64,000 nucleotides of DNA from Dendrobates tinctorius. Lineage: Eukaryota. Location: the NCBI RefSeq assembly GCF_039654945.1, contig NW_027361834.1:1426001-1490000 (forward strand), given 5' to 3'. The position numbers and the translations under genes were made by a program. The notes below the pieces were generated by a model. It did no database searches and had not been told where the DNA came from. It was given only the letters and a program-made list of their open reading frames with translations. Of this stretch, positions 24,316 to 35,974 are shown in pieces. The stretch's first letter is position 1. Each line of letters opens with the position of its first letter.

Positions 24316-26630
24316 CAAGATGTGTACTACCTTATATTACACCCTGATATTAGCGTGTTTTACCGCACAATTGGTCTTGTATTTATTTATATGTAGCTAC
24401 ATAGTGGGCCCCAAAAATGATTTTCTCTGGTAGGCCCAAGGTGCTCCAGTCCAAAGTTGGACATCAGTGCACATGCCACACTCTGATTTACATATCGAGC
24501 ACTTTTCTAGCGGGAGCGCTGTCTGAACTAAATGTTCCTAGGTGTGCAACTGACACTGGGGGGCGCGAGTAAGGCAGATACTGTGTATGGGGGCACTTTG
24601 AACCATGCACATGTCTGCTCAGCGTGACTTCGGGCACACTCTGACCCCTGGGCTTCCTTTACGCACTCGCTCACATCAGTGTATAAATCGAACAAGTGCA
24701 ATGACAGGAAAAAAATGCACGTTGCAAACTGACCAATGTTATTCAGTGAGGCAGTGCTCATCTGAGAGTTCTAACTGTGCTCTAATTGGGCTGAGAAAAA
24801 TATTGCTTATTTTCATTGCCCTCATCCAACATTTCAGGATGAACATCGCAACGATTTTATATACGCTAATGTGAGTGACCCCTTAGACTGCAGTCAGACG
24901 GCCGTATGGTCTCATGTGAGAGAATTGGCCAGATTGAGCAGAGTTTCATCAGCATAAATTGTTAGCGTCATCTGAGTGCTCCGATTCACTCATGAGAGAA
25001 ACAGATCACAGGTGCGGAGAAGACAGAATTTTATTTCTCCATCTTCTCTGTCCGAGTAAACCAGACTGCACTCAGATGACATCCATGTGCAGTTCGATGT
25101 TTCACAGGCACCCATAGACTTGTATGGGTGCACATTGTTCAATTACCAAATACGACCACTGAATGCAGTGATTAATTTTCTCATCCCAATTCTGCATGAG
25201 AAAATAATCAGAGATCTGCACTGCCCCATAGTATAACACTGGGCTGAGTGCTATCCGATAAAACATCCGTTTTATCAGATCGCACTCGGCCATGTAATAT
25301 GCTTGTGTGAGCGATCTCTTACTCACAGTATTGGTACGGGCACGCTCTGACCCGTTCCCCTGTCTGCTCACAGTGTGGGTATGAGCATGCTCGGATACTT
25401 TCCGACTCCTGTTTGCAAACAGTATAGGTGCGGGAACACTGATCCTTAGCTCTTTTTTCCCCCTCACAGTGTGGGTGCCGGCACGCTCTGATCCCCGGTG
25501 AGCAGACAGGAGCCAGTGCTGTGCGTAATGTCAGTGCACACAGGAAAGACCAGAGCAAGAGCAGAGTACGGGGGAATGGGAGCAAGGGGATTTTTTTTTT
25601 TTTTTTTTTAAATGTATGAATGTGTGGGCTTATAGTGTATATAGGTGCCTGTGTGCGAGATCACTGTTTAGAGGGGGCTCATACTGTGTATAGAGGGTGC
25701 TGTTTGTGGAATCATATCGTATACAGGGGGCTGTGTGGAGTCATACTGTATATAAGTGGCTCAAAATGATAGGGTGGCGCTGTATGTCAGCTCACTGTAT
25801 ATAGGGGCAGTGTGTGCTCATACTGTATATAGTGGGTGCTCTGTGTGGAAGCTCGTGCTGTATACAGTAGGGCTGTGCATGGGGCTCATACTGTACATAC
25901 AGGGAGCTATTTCTAAGTTCATACAGTATATAGTGGGTGTCAGCATACTTAATTCTACATAATACAACTAGAATATGTGATCAGTTGAGTGCAGACATTA
26001 ATGCTCAAGATTTATTTGGAGTTGGAAACAAAGTATTAAAAAAACAAAGCAAAAAAAAAAAAATATCAGTGACACATACAAGACAACTTACACTAAATAC
26101 AACTTTTGAGATAGTGTAAGAACTTGGACATGACTACTACACAATTCCTGAAAAAAAAAAAAAAAAAATGCTCTCCCTATAAACTTATTCTCAAGTGCCC
26201 AATGTGGGCTATGAAGTATGGATTTGGTTTTTTGTTTCTTTTACAAGAAATCAACATGGCTACCAGAGTAGCAGGGAACAGGGAATTCAGCCTTATATAT
26301 AGGAGATGGTCCATACCCGCTGTCAGTGTCTGGAGTCCACTGAGCATTAGTGCAGCTTTCTGGAAGTACACTAAATCTCGGATTAATCTGAAATGTAACC
26401 ATCGCAGTTCTGCCATAAATGCAAGCTAAACAGTTAAAGAACATCCGTGTAGTCTCTACTTGTCTCCCTTTGAATTAATCAGCCATATTCGTAACAAGAG
26501 CAGAGGAGATTTAAAAAAGGAGAAAACAAACAAACAAAAAAAAAAGCTTCAACCCCCAATATAAGATGTGAAATGTTTTCTTTAACCATATACCGTGCAT
26601 TTGTAACAAACAATCACTGAGAATTGCACT

Positions 26631-26789
26631 TTAGAGCTCGTCGTGTATATATGTAAATTCTCTGGCAGAAATATATCCATCACTGTCTTCGTCTTCTTTT
26701 TCAAATATGCTGGAAACGAGGACATCATGATGACTTTCATTCACGGTGTTACCGTGCTTCTCAAACTCCGCCTTAAGATAAGCTCTTAC
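26631..26789 (-). CDS. FKBP14: FKBP14 exon 4
   Basis: [13 protein letters not shown]...[20 protein letters not shown]. Confidence 0.97.
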   Translation of the reverse strand, partial: VRAYLKAEFEKHGNTVNESHHDVLVSSIFEKEDEDSDGYISAREFTYIHDEL

Positions 26790-29700
26790 CTGGATTTTAA
26801 AGAGGGAAAAAAAATAATGTATCAACAGTGTAAAGTTAGTAGCAAGAGGAGCAAAAACAAATCAGACATAGAATACCATCACGGCAACAAACATTTTATA
26901 ATACAAAATGTTCAGCACTTATAGGAATTACTGCAACAGTTCACAAATGCAGGAATTGCACAAACAGTATTATTAGGGATTACTATTTTTTATGGACTTC
27001 TGTATGAGGGATGAGTCAGGCGGCTGTACAAGTCAGACGAGGATCGCAATGCAATGTTCGGACTGGTCGTCAGCTCTCCCAACCCAAGAGTAACAGCTAC
27101 ATAGAAATACATGCTGGCATGCTCGGGATGGGAGAGCCGAAAGGCAGTTCGAGCATTGCAATCCTCATCCGAGTTATATGGCTGCCTGACTCCTTCTCTA
27201 AGAAAAAGAAACACATACAAAACAAGCACCAAAAAAGCAACTTAATTAAAAAAAAAAAAAACAACACGGGATGGGCTGTTGGGGTTGATTTGTTCTATTG
27301 CTTTCATGCAATACTGAAGTTGGTTTCTTATTCATCCAGTTTCTTATTCAGAACTGAAGCTGGTTTCTTATTCAGCAATTTCTTTTTGTCACTTTTTTTT
27401 TACAAGTATAAAAGACAAAAAATATACAAATACAATAAAATACAACGCAGCAAGGTGCCCTTATGTGAATACGCTTAAAACGAGGTACAAAAGTTATAAA
27501 ACTGGCACAAAAACGGGCATCAAAGTGGCCAAGGAAGGGCGTTATTAAAAGAGTTAAACGACTATGGTCCATTGATTTCACACCAGCATTACATACACAG
27601 TGATGGCCTACGTCAAATTCAGGTCACTCTAGCCTGGCCCAAATGTGTTCTGGGCATTAAAACGGGCATCAAAGTGCGCAATTAGCCAATGTTAACAGAT
27701 TTGAATAAGTACCATATATACTCGTGTATAAGCCGAGATATTCAGCCCATTTTTGGGCGGCTGAAAGTCCCCCCCCCTAGCTTATACTCAAGTCATATAC
27801 CGGGGGGGTGAGCGGGGGGAGGGGGAGCGGGGAGGGTCAGAGACCATACTCACCTCTCCTGGCACTTCTCTGCAGCCCCTGCGTCTCCCTCTGCTGTCTG
27901 CTTCCTGCATTCAGCGGTCACGTGGTACCGCTCATTAAACTCATGGATATGCGCATATTTATGAGTCTAATGAGCGGTACCACGTGACCAGCTGAATGCA
28001 GGAAGCAGACCGCAGAGGGAGAAGCATTGGCTGCTGCTGCAGAGAAGACCTTGCGGCTAGGAGCGGTGAGTATGACGGGGACAGAGTGATATTCACCTGT
28101 CCCCGTTCCAAGCTGTGCACCGCTGTGTCTCTGGGTCCTCCTGCTGTGACGGCAGAGGGCGCAATGACGTAGTCAGTGCGCGCCTTCTGCTGTCAATGCA
28201 GAGATCCGGGAGACACAGCGGTGCACGGCTTGGAACGGGGACAGGTGAATATCGCCACTGACAGGGGCTCAGGACACCGGCACCTGTCCCCCAGCGACGG
28301 AGAGGTGAGTATGTCATTTTTTTTTTTATTGCAGCAGCAGCAAATAAGGGGTATTTATGGAGCATCATACGGGGGGTATTTATGGGGCACCATTAACCCT
28401 TGTGGAGCAGCATATGGGGGGTATTTATGGGGCAGCATTAACCCTTGTGGAGCAGCATATGGGGGGTATTTATGGAGCATCTTCTTGGGCCAGCATTAAC
28501 CCTTGTGCAGAAGCATATGGGGGGGTTTTAGCTATGGAGCATCTTTTTGGACCACCATTTAATCCCAGGCTTATACGCGAGTCAATAGGGGGGGGGGGGA
28601 AATCGCTTTATACACGAGTATATACGGCAAATGTTTTTTTTTTTTAGAAGGTCAATGACTTTGGCCCACTGATCTCACACCACCATTATATACACAGTGA
28701 CGGCCCCATAAAATTAGTCCCTTCAGCCTGGCCCAAATGTGTTCTGGGCATGAGGACTGTCCACTTTGATGCCAGTTCTTATGCCCAGAGCATATTTGGG
28801 CCAGGTTGTAGGGACCTGAATTCAATGCGTGCCATCACGGTCTATGTAATGGTGGTGTGAGATCAGTGGCCCAAAGTCATTTAACCCCAGAATAACACCA
28901 GTTACTTATTAAAATCTGTGAAAAATGGCTATTTTCCCTCTTTGATGCCAGTTCTAAATGTCGAGAACACATTTGGGCCAGGGTGGAGTGACCGAAATTT
29001 GATGTGGGACACCCTGATCTATGTGTCTGCAGTGTGAGATCAGTGGCCCAAAGTCATTTAACTCTTTCAAAGACATTAAGTGTCCACTTTAATGCCCATT
29101 TTTTGTGCCAGTTTTCTAACTTATGTAGCCGTTTTTAAGCGTATTCACATCAGGGCACCTCGCTGCATTGTATTTTAGTATTGTAATTTTTTATTTGTGT
29201 CGTTAAATAGAAAAAAAAAAATTCCATAATAAGAAACCAGCTTCAGCATCGCTGCTTTCTTATCCTAGCAAAACTAGTATAAAAAGTTAATTCCAGCTCA
29301 CCCAGTTGCTCTATGCTCATCCACCTGGGGCTTAGACACCAGCCTCACATCAAGGATAAGGCTGGGGTCAGACTTGCGAAAAACTCGGACGAGTCTCGCA
29401 CCTAAATACATGGCACTGCCGCCGGCACTCGGATCAAAGTGCTCAGCTGCATGTATTTCTATGCAGTTGAGCACTCCGGTCCTGAGTGGCGGCGGCAGTA
29501 CTGTGTATTGATGTGCGAGACTCGTCCGAGTTTCTCGCAAGTCTGACCCCGGCCAAATAGTAAAAATTGGGAGTCCGGCTCCAGGAGTAAGACTGCAAAT
29601 TGAAAAGTTGCAGATTTCAAAAATTGCACCACCAGTCAATTTATGCAAAGTAGAAAAAAAAAATCATAGTGGGTATGAGATTTCTAAGAATTCCATCCAC

Positions 29701-31750
29701 TTTGCTGTAACTGTGATAACGCCGTGTTACTTGTGCAGTGAAAATACCCAGCGCTAAAAACTCATCATCCTAAATTCAGAATATATATTCAACTCAATTC
29801 AAAGGAGTCGTACGCTTCCATGCGAAGCAAAACAGGCCCTGGAGACCATTTTTCCCCCTTTAGTTTACCTCTTCTTTAGATAGTTTCCAGTCATCATTCA
29901 GATCCATTTCTTGGAATGACTCATGGGACCTCGGACCATTTCGGATATCCATCAGGCTAATGTTGAAGATTAATGTACTGTCTGGGGAAATTTTTCCTAG
30001 AACAAAAAACCTTATTCAGAGAAGACATGAAAAATGCTACTGCGCTAACAGATTAGTAAAAACGGCACAGTCATGCAAATATAGAAAACCTGGCCATAAA
30101 TCCAGCTTTTGCCAAGAATGCAGGCCCCCAACCCTCCTCCAAAGGGTCAGCTGTTCGGGGACGTGGAAAGACATGCCTTCCCTGAGCTCTCGCAGCACTC
30201 AACCTGGACGGACCATTTAGGGGCAGATTTTACGGTAGCATCGTGAAAACGATGGGAAGTGTGTAACTCTGCTGACATTTTGTGAAAGCCTGTGGCCCGC
30301 CGCAGTCTCAGACTGCCGAACACCCCCACCTCCCAGACCCCGTAGCATCGCCAAAATTGTGCTGATGTAAAGTAGACATGTGGGAAATATTATTTATTAA
30401 CTATTTTTTGTCACATAAACTCTCTGGTTTAACAGAATAAAAATTCAATTTTTTTTGACAAATAAACGCAACAATTAGGCTGGGTTCACACGAAGCGGAA
30501 CTCTCGTGGAAATTACCGCGAGAATTCCGGAATTCCATGGGAAAATCGCATTTTAAATTCCCGCGATTTTCCCGCGGAAAAACTAGCATTTTGCAAACGT
30601 AATTAGCTTGCAGAATTGCTAGCGTTTTCCAAGCGATCTGGAGCATCGCTTGGAGAACTGATTGACAGGTTGGTCACACTCGTCAAACAGTGTTTGATGA
30701 GTGTGACCAACTTTTACTATTGAGGCCGCCTATGCGGCATCAGTAGTAAAAGATAGAATGTAAAAAATAAAAAAAATATTGTTATTCTCACCTTCCGATG
30801 TCCCGCGCAGCCTTCCCGCCTCTCTCCACGCTCCCGATCCCAGTAATCCTTTGCGACAATTACCGCGATGATGTCTGTTCTCGCGGGATCGCGACGCCTC
30901 GCGGTCATTCGCGATGACGTCGCGCGAATGACCGCGAGACTTCGCGATCCCGCGAGAACGGACGTCATCGCTCGCAAAGGCTTACTGGGACCGGGAGCGT
31001 GGAGAGAGGCGGGAAGACTGCGCGGGACATCGGAAGGTGAGAATAACAATATTTTTTATTTTAAATTCTATTTTTTACAGGGATATGGTGCCCAAAGCCC
31101 GGAGGACAGTCTCCTCTCCTCCGGACAGTGGGTACCATCTGCAAATGTTCTGCTTACATTTCGCATGGTGGGCACAGTCACATGCGGGAAGTAAGCGGAA
31201 CAATGCATTCCTATGGGTGCGGGATCGCCGCGATTCCGCGAAATTAATGAGCATGCTGCGGTTTTACCGCAAAGCAATTCCGCCGCAGTAAAAACCGCAG
31301 CATTAGCACAGCATTGCGGAATCCCATAGGAATGCATGGGATGCTTATTTTTCGCGGTTAAAACCGCCGTGGAAACGCAAAAAAAACGCCACGTGTGAAC
31401 TCAGCCTTATCGACCTAAATATACCACTAACATGAAGCCCAATATGTCCCGAAAAAACACCTCTCAGAATCGCTAGGATCCGTTGAAGCGTTCCTGAGCT
31501 ATTACCTCATAAAGGGACACTGGTCAGAATTGCAAAAAATGGCCAGGTCATTAAGGTCAAAATAGGCTGGGTCATGAAGGGGTTAAAAAACATACATCCT
31601 TAAGAAAATTTCCGTGAAACCATATTAAAAGGAATAGGCCATCAGAAAGATCTGAAAAGGACATTCAAATCAGATTTTGTGCTAAATTAAAAAAATAAAT
31701 AAAAATACCATAAAGTGAGAAATCTTCCAATTGTCATGTTGGCCACTGAG

Positions 31751-31781
<31 letters not shown>

Positions 31782-34437
31782 TCCTACTTCGCATTCCAGT
31801 AAGTCCACGTGTGTACATTAGCCACAGTGAACAGACTATATTTTGTATTGAAGCATCTGATGAGAGTGTGCAAAAGCAACTGTGAAGGGAGGGGGAGCAG
31901 GTCAGCTGTGATGCACTTGTTGCGATTGTTGGATTCTGTGTCATCAGATATGTATACAGCTGTTATCTGCCAGAGTAATCCTGCCCCTGAAGGTAATGAG
32001 TCTGCTGAAACACTGGTACAGTGGAGTGTTCACATCATGCCGTGTGACTGGCTTACCGGTTATAGTAAAGGCATTGGCAAAAGGGAGGAGGATCCACATG
32101 CATTAGTTCTGTGAGGACAAAGATGTTTTCCAAAGGAGAATATTCATGCAAAACCAGACCACACTTTGGATCAAGTACTACACAAACAGAATAGGTTAGT
32201 AAATGTTAAAAAACAGTGAGCATAGAATAGATAAAACATACGCAATTGTAAGCTTTGAATAATAATAATAAAAGATAGATCGATATCTCTCTTCATTAAA
32301 GGGGTATTCCCATCTCCAAGATCGTATTATCCTATTATGTAGTATTTGCCAATATTATTATTGCACTTACCTCCAATTAGAAATGTAGCATAGTTCTTCT
32401 GATTGGCCAAGTTGCTTTCCCCATGTGTAGGGCATTGCAGTAGCTTTGGAATCCATGGTTACGACCACTCATATAGTGACAGTGAGTTAACTGTTAGTGG
32501 TTGTAACCATGGATACTGAAGCTACTGCAATGCCCTGCACATGGGGTAAGGAGCATAGAGAATCAGAAGAACTATACTACATTTCTAATTGGAAGTATTT
32601 CCTAACATTATTATTATTACACCTGCTACATATTGGGATAGGATCTTGGAGATGGAACATCCTTTCAATGTGAGTATATTCTACATAAACTAAAAGGTGA
32701 GCGACTACAAACCAGTGACTAGCTACAGCTACAAGACCGCGCTTGTTGATTACAATGTAGCCCTGTGAACAGTCACTTTCAAATACCATTTCTCAGCTTA
32801 ATGTACAAAGAGTAATTGAACAGAAGTGCTAAATTACACTTGTACTGTTCCTGGGTACCTGCCAAAATGACAGGTCGGGAGCTGGAATTACAACTCATCA
32901 GTCTTCAGAGCTAAGATCTCCCAGAATTCCTTGCAAGTCTCAGCACCTGCACAGAATTTGCATTTTGAAAAATTTAATCTTAAATGAGGTTTTTTGCTTT
33001 CAGAAATCCCTCGTCACCCAAAACAGGTTTTTTTTTTTTTTTGTTTGTTTTTAAATCCATCCTCCCCTGGGTCTACCACGGAGTCTCAGTGCCTGTTATT
33101 GCCGCAGCTCAGCTCTTTCATCGGCTGCAGTGCTGTTGCCCTGAAATGAGTGCTACAGACAATAACAGACACCGGGAGCTTGAGCGTAAGACCCAGGGAG
33201 TGCGGGCGAAAAAATATTATATATACATAGGCAATTTATTTTTTTGTTGCAGCCAGGAAACAGATGTTACCCAAAACCGGAACGCCAGGTTTTAACACAA
33301 TTGTGGATCTGTGATCTACAAGATTTGAAAAATTCTGCTCACCCTCTACTAAACCTATAGTAATGTAATTGAGGGGGTCTTCCACCATGAAGCCTGTGAG
33401 CCAGAAAAATACAATATGGATCTATACCAAAATCAACTGTTCACCGGGAGTGGAAATCTGGGCAATCGGACCACCGTAATAGGCGTGGACTGATGGGACG
33501 ACCCCTTACGGGGTCAGAAGGTCTGTTGCAGGCATTTTGACATACTGCAGTGGAAAAGTCAGTACACCCAGTTAGTGTCTACTATTGAATGAAGACTGTG
33601 CCTCCGCAGTAATGCTAGAAAGTCTGGAAAATTTACCTTTCCCTTCCTTCCCATAGGCCAGAGCAGGAGGGACAGTGATCTGCCGCTTTTCTCCCACGCA
33701 CATATCTTGGAGGCCCGTGTCCCAGCCTTTAATAACTTCTCGAATACCAAGTGTAAACCATACAGGCTGCCCGTTGTTCTCCACATACCTGCAAATTAGA
33801 GAAATACAAGTCAGCACACAGGCCCCTCTGCTGGACAGCGGCCATTACACAGCACACGAGGGAGCGGGCTCAGCTCCTGAGCCCGTTCCATAATCACACA
33901 CCTCAACTGGGACGTGTTTTTATTACAAGATCTATTGATTAAAATGTAAATTTTCATGGAAAAATAACTTTAAGTTGAAAAAAAAACAAAAAAAAAAAAA
34001 ACACGTTGCTGAAAATGGGCAGCACCTTTAACCTCTTCACGACCTTGGAGGTATCCACACGTCCAGGTCAATAGGTACAAACGAGGCTGCAAAAGGCGAA
34101 AGTCACAAAGGAGATAAGAAAATCTCTCTCCCATCACTGAGTGTTTCCCTGGTATGCAGGCGTCGCAGGCCCTGAGGTGGCCATGGTTACAGCCACACAG
34201 CGATGTGGGGACAGCGGTCCTCCTGCCAGGCCGGCACATGTCTGAGCGCACTCACGTGGAATAGAACCGCGTCCCGTTCCCCTGCAGGAAGCCCTCGGAG
34301 TGCACCAGCAGCATGTCCCCGTTCTTGGTCTTCCTCTTGCACAGGAAGGGTTTCTCCAGGACCTGGATCTGCACCTCGGGCTCGGGGATGAGCGCAGCGC
34401 CCGCACAGGCCAGCAGAGCGGCCACCAGCAGCCACAT
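26631..34437 (-). CDS. FKBP14: Peptidyl-prolyl cis-trans isomerase FKBP14 (FKBP22), join(34437-34256,33788-33637,29996-29869,26789-26631), 206 aa
   Basis: 182+152+128+159=621 nt, all GT-AG; signal peptide, [12 protein letters not shown] domain ([22 protein letters not shown]), two EF-hands, C-terminal HDEL; head-to-head with PLEKHA8. Confidence 0.97.
27314..29246. mobile_element. Foldback-type non-autonomous element with long modular inverted arms (FKBP14 intron 3)
   Basis: CTGAAG(C/T)TGGTTTCTTATT at 27314 and 27354 pairs with AATAAGAAACCAGCTTCAG ending at 29246; arms at about 27430-27700 mirror 28760-29180. Confidence 0.7.
27712..28627. mobile_element. Pogo/Tc1-mariner-type non-autonomous element (CCGTA termini) nested in the foldback element
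   Basis: TIR CC(G/A)TATATACTCGTGTATAA; TA on the left; internal hairpin and minisatellite; same family as 44795. Confidence 0.8.
29360..29554. mobile_element. Harbinger-type MITE
   Basis: TIR GGC(T/C)GGGGTCAGACTTGCGA. Confidence 0.8.
29869..29996 (-). CDS. FKBP14: FKBP14 exon 3
   Basis: [43 protein letters not shown]. Confidence 0.96.
30351..31582. mobile_element. piggyBac-like remnant (one end), interrupted by a MITE
   Basis: Ends ...GGTCATGAAGGGG followed by TTAA; the other end was not found. Confidence 0.5.
30478..31406. mobile_element. Harbinger-type non-autonomous element with a large internal palindrome
   Basis: TIR GGCTG(G/A)GTTCACACG; TTA TSD; hairpin at about 30775-31055. Confidence 0.85.
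32300..32664. mobile_element. Palindromic T2/Kolobok-type MITE
   Basis: TTAA+AGGGGTATTCCCATCTCCAAGATC pairs with GATCTTGGAGATGG; arms pair almost to the centre. Confidence 0.8.
33637..33788 (-). CDS. FKBP14: FKBP14 exon 2
   Basis: [50 protein letters not shown]. Confidence 0.97.
34256..34437 (-). CDS. FKBP14: FKBP14 exon 1
   Basis: [33 protein letters not shown]...; donor GTGAGT. Confidence 0.96.
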
Positions 34438-34868
34438 CCTCGCCCCGACCCCGGCTCAGTCGGCCCCGCTCTCCCCCCCCCCGCAGACGTGGCACAACTT
34501 TCTGCCGCGATACGTTCAACCACACAGCGACCCAGGCGATAGGCTGAGAGTGGGCGCGGCCACAGCGGGAATACCTCATTGGTCAATAGTAGAAGTCAGC
34601 TGGTCTGGATGTGAGCGGTGATTGGTGAAGAGCTCTTCCAGGAAGCTGCGGATGGGTGCGAACAATGGCATGTTTGTGCTCTGCTGATGGGGCCGTAGAG
34701 GGGCGGGGCCGTGACGCCTGCGCTGTCCTGTCTGCGCCGGAGCCGCCGCCGCTTGTTGCTATTCACAACGGAAATGCGCTGCGGCCGCCTGTCAGTGTGC
34801 GCCGTGTGACCAGCGCCTATCCCGGGGGAGAGATGCCAGAGTCCGGCTCATGTGCGCCCCCCAGCGAC
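34438..34868. promoter_or_regulatory. Bidirectional CpG-island promoter of FKBP14 and PLEKHA8
   Basis: 431 bp between divergent ATGs; ATTGG (CCAAT) at 34578 and 34621; GC box GGGGCGGGGC at 34700; GACGTGGC at 34486. Confidence 0.85.
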
Positions 34869-34908
34869 ATGGAAGGGATCCTGTACAAGTGGACGAATTA
34901 CCTGAGCG
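34869..34908 (+). CDS. PLEKHA8: PLEKHA8 exon 1
   Basis: [13 protein letters not shown]. Confidence 0.95.
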
Positions 34909-35927
34909 GTAGGTGCTGTGACCCGGAGCGGCTCCGCCCTGCCTGGTGTGTGAGGTGATCCTCGGTTACCCCTCCTGTCAGTGAGCACACTGCCCCCTCC
35001 TCTCCAGAGTCCCTGCCTGGATAGAGACCATGGAAGGGCGCCCCCAGCTGGTGAGAACCCCAGTGTGCACCAATAATGGCCCAACACCGAGGCTTACCAG
35101 CTGCAGTTTATTATAAAGAAAACCGAAAGCCTTACTCCCCCTCCCCGGGTCCAGGTAGCGCTGACGTCATGTAGACATTGCATTAGCCTATTACTGAGTT
35201 TAGCAGGTCTGCCCGCGTACAGGAAGCCCCCCTCAGGGCCGCCGAGGTCACAGATTGGCTGCGGAGCTGGGAGTGGGATCAGAGACTAGTGCTGGACCTG
35301 GGGAGGGTGAGTATAACACAGTTTATGCTTTCATAATAATCTAAAGCTGGGGGCAATCCCTTCTGGGGTAAGTCCAAAGCTTGTGTACTGGTGTGGATTT
35401 TAGAGCAACTTTCTAGACTGAGATCAGACGAGTTTCTGCTTCTAAAATCCGCACGTCCTTTCTGCACTGATTACGGTTCTGATTGGATGAAGTCCGCACC
35501 ATAAAGGTTTGTTTCTACGGCAGAAGTCGACAAGCTGCGGCTTTGAACCCACAACAGCTGGACCCTGTGAAGTGCTGCCGGTGTATGTGTGTGGAAAATC
35601 TCCACCGACCGCACCGTGTGTGAACACAGCCTTACAGAAAGCTATGCCAGGATTGGTTTAATATGATGAATGTAAGGATCTATGGAAACAGACATGGAAG
35701 GAGAGGGTTGGGGTCTCTGTAATGCCGATCCCAGTAGACACAGGGGGTCCCCGAACCTGATGAGGCAATAGTGGAGGCAGTGGTGTAATTTTGGTATCGC
35801 GGCCCCCAACCAGCAGGAGACTTTAAGGCCGGAGTCACACTAGCGAAAAAATCGGACGAATGCAATGTGATAAAAAATCGCATTGCATTCGTCCCAGTGT
35901 TATTCTATGGGGCAGCTCCCATCATCC

Positions 35928-35974
<47 letters not shown>

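Noticed and set aside
34560-34630. ERSE (CCAAT-N9-CCACG)
   Set aside because: Neither CCAAT box is followed by CCACG at the required spacing
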